64,000 bases of DNA from an uncultured bacterium (GTDB lineage: Bacteria; Verrucomicrobiota; Verrucomicrobiia; Verrucomicrobiales; DEV007): the NCBI GenBank assembly GCA_963977015.1, contig CAXBMO010000005.1, forward strand, positions 224,001-288,000, read 5' to 3'. Made by a program: the position numbers and the translations under genes. Numbering within the stretch: position 1 is the stretch's first letter; every line of letters starts with the position of its first letter. Positions 60,161 through 64,000 of this stretch are shown piece after piece. Below the pieces are notes generated by a model. It saw nothing but the letters and a program-made list of their open reading frames with translations, did not search any database and was not told where the DNA came from.

Positions 60161-60346
60161 GGCTCTCAAGCCAAGCTGAATCCCCCTGATTTTGTGAACG
60201 CCGAAGCCGATTCCCGGGCTTTTCGAAAATCTTCCGGTTGAAATCGAGATCGCCTTCCCTAGCATTACCACGACAACAGACTGTAGTTGTTTGTTTTCAT
60301 GGTTCTAGACCCGGTCGCGAAGGCGGCCGGGTCATTCCATTTTCCC

Positions 60347-61408
60347 CTAGGCAGCGTCGGTACAACAGGGGCATGGCTGCACCCAATGCCGGTCACCAAC
60401 CTCCTTTAACTCCAGATCCATCCCGATGCTGTCTTTCCACTTGGGATGATTGACGCGATGCCCGAAGGCGCAGCCTTGCGGCGGATTGATTGGCGAAGGA
60501 ACATCGCCCTCAAGGGGAACATGCTGCCGGCGAACCGTCGGATCAGGCACGGGGATCGCCTTGATCAGCGCCTTGGTGTAGGCGTGCTGCGGGTTCTCGT
60601 AAATCTCGTCGGCCCCTGCCATCTCAACAATCTTTCCGAGATACATGACGGCGACGCGATCCGAAATGTGACGAACCACCGCAAGATCATGGGCGATGAA
60701 CAAGTAGGAAAGGCTGAGTTCACGTTGCAGGTCCATCATCAGGTTCAGAACCTGGCTCTGCACGGAAACATCAAGCGCCGAGACCGGCTCATCGCAGACG
60801 ATGAGCTTGGGATTGAGGGCGATGGAGCGGGCGATTCCGATTCGCTGACGCTGGCCTCCCGAGAACTGAAAGGGAAAGCGATTGATCGCGCTTTCGTTGA
60901 GTCCCACCTTCTGCAGGAGATCGATGATCCTCGCTTTACGCTCCTTGGCGTCGCCAATTTTGTGAATCAGGAAGGGTTCCTCCAAAATGGACCCCACATT
61001 CATCCGTGAATTCAGCGATTCGGCCGGATCCTGAAAAATCATCTGCAAATCCCTGCGCAAGGGCAGGATCTCGCGGCGATGCTGATAGGCCTCAACGAAT
61101 TCCTTCGCCTGAGTTGCCGGCTTCAGCAACGGGCTGGGACTTTGGAGCGTCTCGCGATTCAAGCGTTGACCTTCAAAAACGACCTCGCCCTCGGTTGGTT
61201 CGAGCAAGTTCACGATGCACTTCCCGAGGGTCGATTTTCCGCATCCGCTTTCGCCTACCAGCCCCAGCGTCTCGCCTTCATCCACGAACAGGGAAACTCC
61301 ATCCACCGCCTTGCAATTGGCGACAGAACGAAGCAGGACGCCACCCTTCACCGGAAAATACATCTTCAGCCGGTTGACTTCGAGCAAATGGGATCCGTTT
61401 TCTTTCAT
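60347..61408 (-). CDS. Oligopeptide ABC ATP-binding protein (OppF/DppF-like)
   Basis: GESGCGKST, FSGGQRQR, DEPVSALDVS and GDVPSPINPP motifs. Confidence 0.93.
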   Translation of the reverse strand: MKENGSHLLEVNRLKMYFPVKGGVLLRSVANCKAVDGVSLFVDEGETLGLVGESGCGKSTLGKCIVNLLEPTEGEVVFEGQRLNRETLQSPSPLLKPATQAKEFVEAYQHRREILPLRRDLQMIFQDPAESLNSRMNVGSILEEPFLIHKIGDAKERKARIIDLLQKVGLNESAINRFPFQFSGGQRQRIGIARSIALNPKLIVCDEPVSALDVSVQSQVLNLMMDLQRELSLSYLFIAHDLAVVRHISDRVAVMYLGKIVEMAGADEIYENPQHAYTKALIKAIPVPDPTVRRQHVPLEGDVPSPINPPQGCAFGHRVNHPKWKDSIGMDLELKEVGDRHWVQPCPCCTDAA

Positions 61409-62403
61409 GCGTCGGCGGCAAAACAGGGACAAGCCTCGATCCAGTGACCTGGCTCAATTTCTCGCAAGGGTGGTCGCTTCGCGACCTGCGCTTCGGTGTG
61501 GGGATTCGGGCAACGTGAGGCAAATCGACACCCCTGAGGCATGGCATTCAGGGGCGGAACGTTGCCTTCGATGGTTTTGAGCTTGGTCTTCCGTTGGTTG
61601 TCGATCCGCGGAATCGACTGAATCAGCCCCTGGGTGTAGGGATGTTGCGGAGATCCAAAAATCGTGGTGACCGCGCCCCGTTCCACCACTCGCCCGGCAT
61701 ACATGACCAAGACCTCGTCACAGGTTTCCGCGATCACTCCGAGATCGTGAGTAATGAGGACAATCGCCATCCCCATTTCTTCCTGAAGCCCCTTCATCAG
61801 GTCGAGGATCTGCGCTTGAACGGTGACATCCAACGCCGTGGTCGGCTCATCCGCGATGACCAGGTCCGGTTTCAGCGCCAACGCCATCGCAATGACGACG
61901 CGTTGCCTCATTCCTCCGGAAAGTTGATGCGGATACTCATCAATGCGGATTTCAGGCGCCGGAATTCCGACTTTGTCGAGGATATCGATGGATGCCGCCC
62001 GGACCTCCTCATCCGTCAATTCTGGCCGGTGAAGTTGAAACACCTCCCCGACCTGTCGGCCAATCTTCTGGACGGGGTTGAGCGCCGTCATCGGCTCCTG
62101 AAAAACCATCGTGATATCGTTTCCGCGTATCTCATGCATGCGGCGCTCGGATACCTCGAGCAGGTTCTCACCATGAAGCAGAATTTTGCCGCCGAGAACC
62201 TTCCCCATCGGTTGGGGTAGCAGTTGCATGATGCTGAACGCCGTCACGCTCTTTCCGCAACCGCTCTCGCCGACAATTCCCAAGGTTTTGCCGCTCTCGA
62301 CTTCGAACGAAACGCCATCCACGGCAACCAGTTGACCGCCTTCCGTGTCGAAAGCGGTCACCAGGTTTTGAACTTCGAGCAGTTTTTTTGATTCTTTGGG
62401 CAC
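61405..62403 (-). CDS. Oligopeptide ABC ATP-binding protein (OppD/DppD-like)
   Basis: GESGCGKSVT, YPHQLSGGMRQR and GCRFASRC motifs. Confidence 0.93.
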   Translation of the reverse strand: MPKESKKLLEVQNLVTAFDTEGGQLVAVDGVSFEVESGKTLGIVGESGCGKSVTAFSIMQLLPQPMGKVLGGKILLHGENLLEVSERRMHEIRGNDITMVFQEPMTALNPVQKIGRQVGEVFQLHRPELTDEEVRAASIDILDKVGIPAPEIRIDEYPHQLSGGMRQRVVIAMALALKPDLVIADEPTTALDVTVQAQILDLMKGLQEEMGMAIVLITHDLGVIAETCDEVLVMYAGRVVERGAVTTIFGSPQHPYTQGLIQSIPRIDNQRKTKLKTIEGNVPPLNAMPQGCRFASRCPNPHTEAQVAKRPPLREIEPGHWIEACPCFAADA

Positions 62404-62458
62404 GAGCCTTGATCGAGTTTGGGAAACGGGGTGTTTCTAAACCCGTTTCGAGCCCGGA

Positions 62459-63100
62459 TCAATCCCCATCCAAATGGATCGAAGTTGAAGAACGCTTCCT
62501 GCCCCCTGAATAAGTCGAAACCCGCATTTTGCTGGCAATCCGCTGGTCTCCGACTTTGCGAATGAGTTGCACTTCAAGCTTTTTGGCCAAACCGGCCCGG
62601 TCGTAGGCGTCCAGCCTCATCAAGGCGAGTGCGTTCTGCTGAATCCAGATGTCGGCATGGGTATAGGCGCCTTTTCCCGTATCGTTCTGGACGGTGAGGA
62701 TGAAGCAATTGGAGACGCCGGTTCTGCCTTCCCGCACATTGGTCACCTTCCACCCCAATTGATGGACCGTGAGGTCTTCCAGGGTCACATCGGTTCCCCG
62801 AAGTTTTTTGGTCAAGGTTGCATTGTTGCCAGTCGCCTCCCCTACCTTCACCCGAACCGTTTCCGTCGGCTTCTGAAAGTAGTAGGTCATGACGCCGGAG
62901 CGGTCGGTCCGCAGCACGAAGGGAGATTTTCTCACTCCGATTCCCTGAATCAACCAGCCCTCAAAGTCGCCCGTCATCGAGGCAATGGACTCTCGGGCCT
63001 TGTCCAGCAACTCTTCCGGTGAAAGTTGGATTTGAGCCTGGGCCGTGGACGAGCCGATCAGGGCTGCCGCGACAAAAATTGGGGTGAATGAAAATCGCAT
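62459..63100 (-). CDS. LolA-like outer-membrane lipoprotein-sorting protein
   Basis: Signal peptide; GTDVTLEDL and YTHADIWI motifs. Confidence 0.7.
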   Translation of the reverse strand: MRFSFTPIFVAAALIGSSTAQAQIQLSPEELLDKARESIASMTGDFEGWLIQGIGVRKSPFVLRTDRSGVMTYYFQKPTETVRVKVGEATGNNATLTKKLRGTDVTLEDLTVHQLGWKVTNVREGRTGVSNCFILTVQNDTGKGAYTHADIWIQQNALALMRLDAYDRAGLAKKLEVQLIRKVGDQRIASKMRVSTYSGGRKRSSTSIHLDGD

Positions 63101-63118
63101 GTGAGGATAAGGTGAGGG

Positions 63119-63832
63119 TTATTTCAGTTCCTGGATCTCCAACCAAGTGGTGCCTTGCTTGTCACCATTGAGGTAGGATCTCACACGAATGACGTCTGCA
63201 ATCCAGACATCTTGCATTTTTTTGCCGTGGGTAACATCAAAGTCTTTGAGCAGCCCGGGCTTTTCAGCGCGATCATATCCCTCCATCTTGATGAGACCTC
63301 CGCTCGCTTTGTCGATCCACACAATGACGTGACCGTAGGGGCCGCGCTGATCCGGATTGTCGAGTTTCAGCTTCCAAGTCGGGCGCGCTTTGACCAACTC
63401 CATCTTGTCGATGACTTTGGGATTCGGCCAATAGAGAAAACGCATCGCCAGATCTTCATACGTCAGGTCCGTTCCCCGAATAAATTCGCCGTAACGCGCC
63501 AACGCGACGGGAGCATTACTGCCTTCCACGACCTCCCGCAGAATGAGTTGCTCTCCACTCGTATCGAGATGCACGGCTTGAGCCGGATCGTCGAATCTGA
63601 AGCGAATGTAATTGGGCTTCAGGGAAAGTTTGAAGGGAATAATCTCGAATTCCTTGCGCAGCCGGGCATCAAAATCGTGATCGTGCAGGGTGTAGCTGAG
63701 TCGCACCAATCTCAAAATCTCATCGGGAGACAATTGGTCGACAGGTTTGCCGAAGGGCGTTTCTTTTTGCGCCAGCGCCAAGGGGGCACCAACTAGGAGG
63801 GCGACGAAAACAAGGAAAATCCTGGATTGCAT
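63119..63832 (-). CDS. LolA-like outer-membrane lipoprotein-sorting protein
   Basis: Signal peptide; GTDLTYEDLAMRFLYW and YGHVIVWIDK motifs. Confidence 0.78.
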   Translation of the reverse strand: MQSRIFLVFVALLVGAPLALAQKETPFGKPVDQLSPDEILRLVRLSYTLHDHDFDARLRKEFEIIPFKLSLKPNYIRFRFDDPAQAVHLDTSGEQLILREVVEGSNAPVALARYGEFIRGTDLTYEDLAMRFLYWPNPKVIDKMELVKARPTWKLKLDNPDQRGPYGHVIVWIDKASGGLIKMEGYDRAEKPGLLKDFDVTHGKKMQDVWIADVIRVRSYLNGDKQGTTWLEIQELK

Positions 63833-64000
63833 GGTTTTTGGGTAAATTTCAGAACCTTGCGAGGGGTTCTTCAGGTCTATCGATTGTAACGTGTTTGCTA
63901 GGGTTCTCAACCCGCATCGCCGCCGCAGTCGGTTTTGTTTTGACACACCCCTCCAAAAACGTATTCAGTCAGCCGCAATGTCACCAAAGCTCGAACGCAA

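Noticed and set aside
1-64000. CRISPR array, rRNA or IS element
   Set aside because: No regularly spaced direct repeats, rRNA signatures or transposase ORFs were seen.

Overview
Chromosomal window, most likely from a Verrucomicrobiota bacterium (inferred from gene content). Positions 1-15513 hold a single minus-strand ORF of at least 5171 aa that runs off the window. It is absent from the ORF track and encodes a LEPR-XLL / metzincin / beta-helix / LamG surface protein. The rest is largely housekeeping: tRNA-Pro, bfd-bfr, folD, pfp, gmd-fcl, purL, nadE, araD, glnD, phoD and oligopeptide ABC ATPases. The most notable feature is a selenium locus. A selenocysteine-type selD (CAGUASK) is divergently paired with the selenoneine genes senB-senA, and tRNA-Sec lies about 4 kb away. 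senB itself has an in-frame UGA at codon 4, followed by a SECIS-like hairpin nearly identical to the one in selD. This suggests a Sec-gated (selenium-sensing) translational switch on selenoneine synthesis. Other points of interest are a solitary integron-type gene cassette with an attC site, tandem Fur-like boxes before bfd-bfr, a C13-like lipoprotein lacking its catalytic dyad, a membrane-anchored ParA, a frameshifted ParE toxin and an ABC-ATPase/PQQ-propeller/GcvH/CobW operon. All calls come from manual reading and motif recall; no database searches were run.
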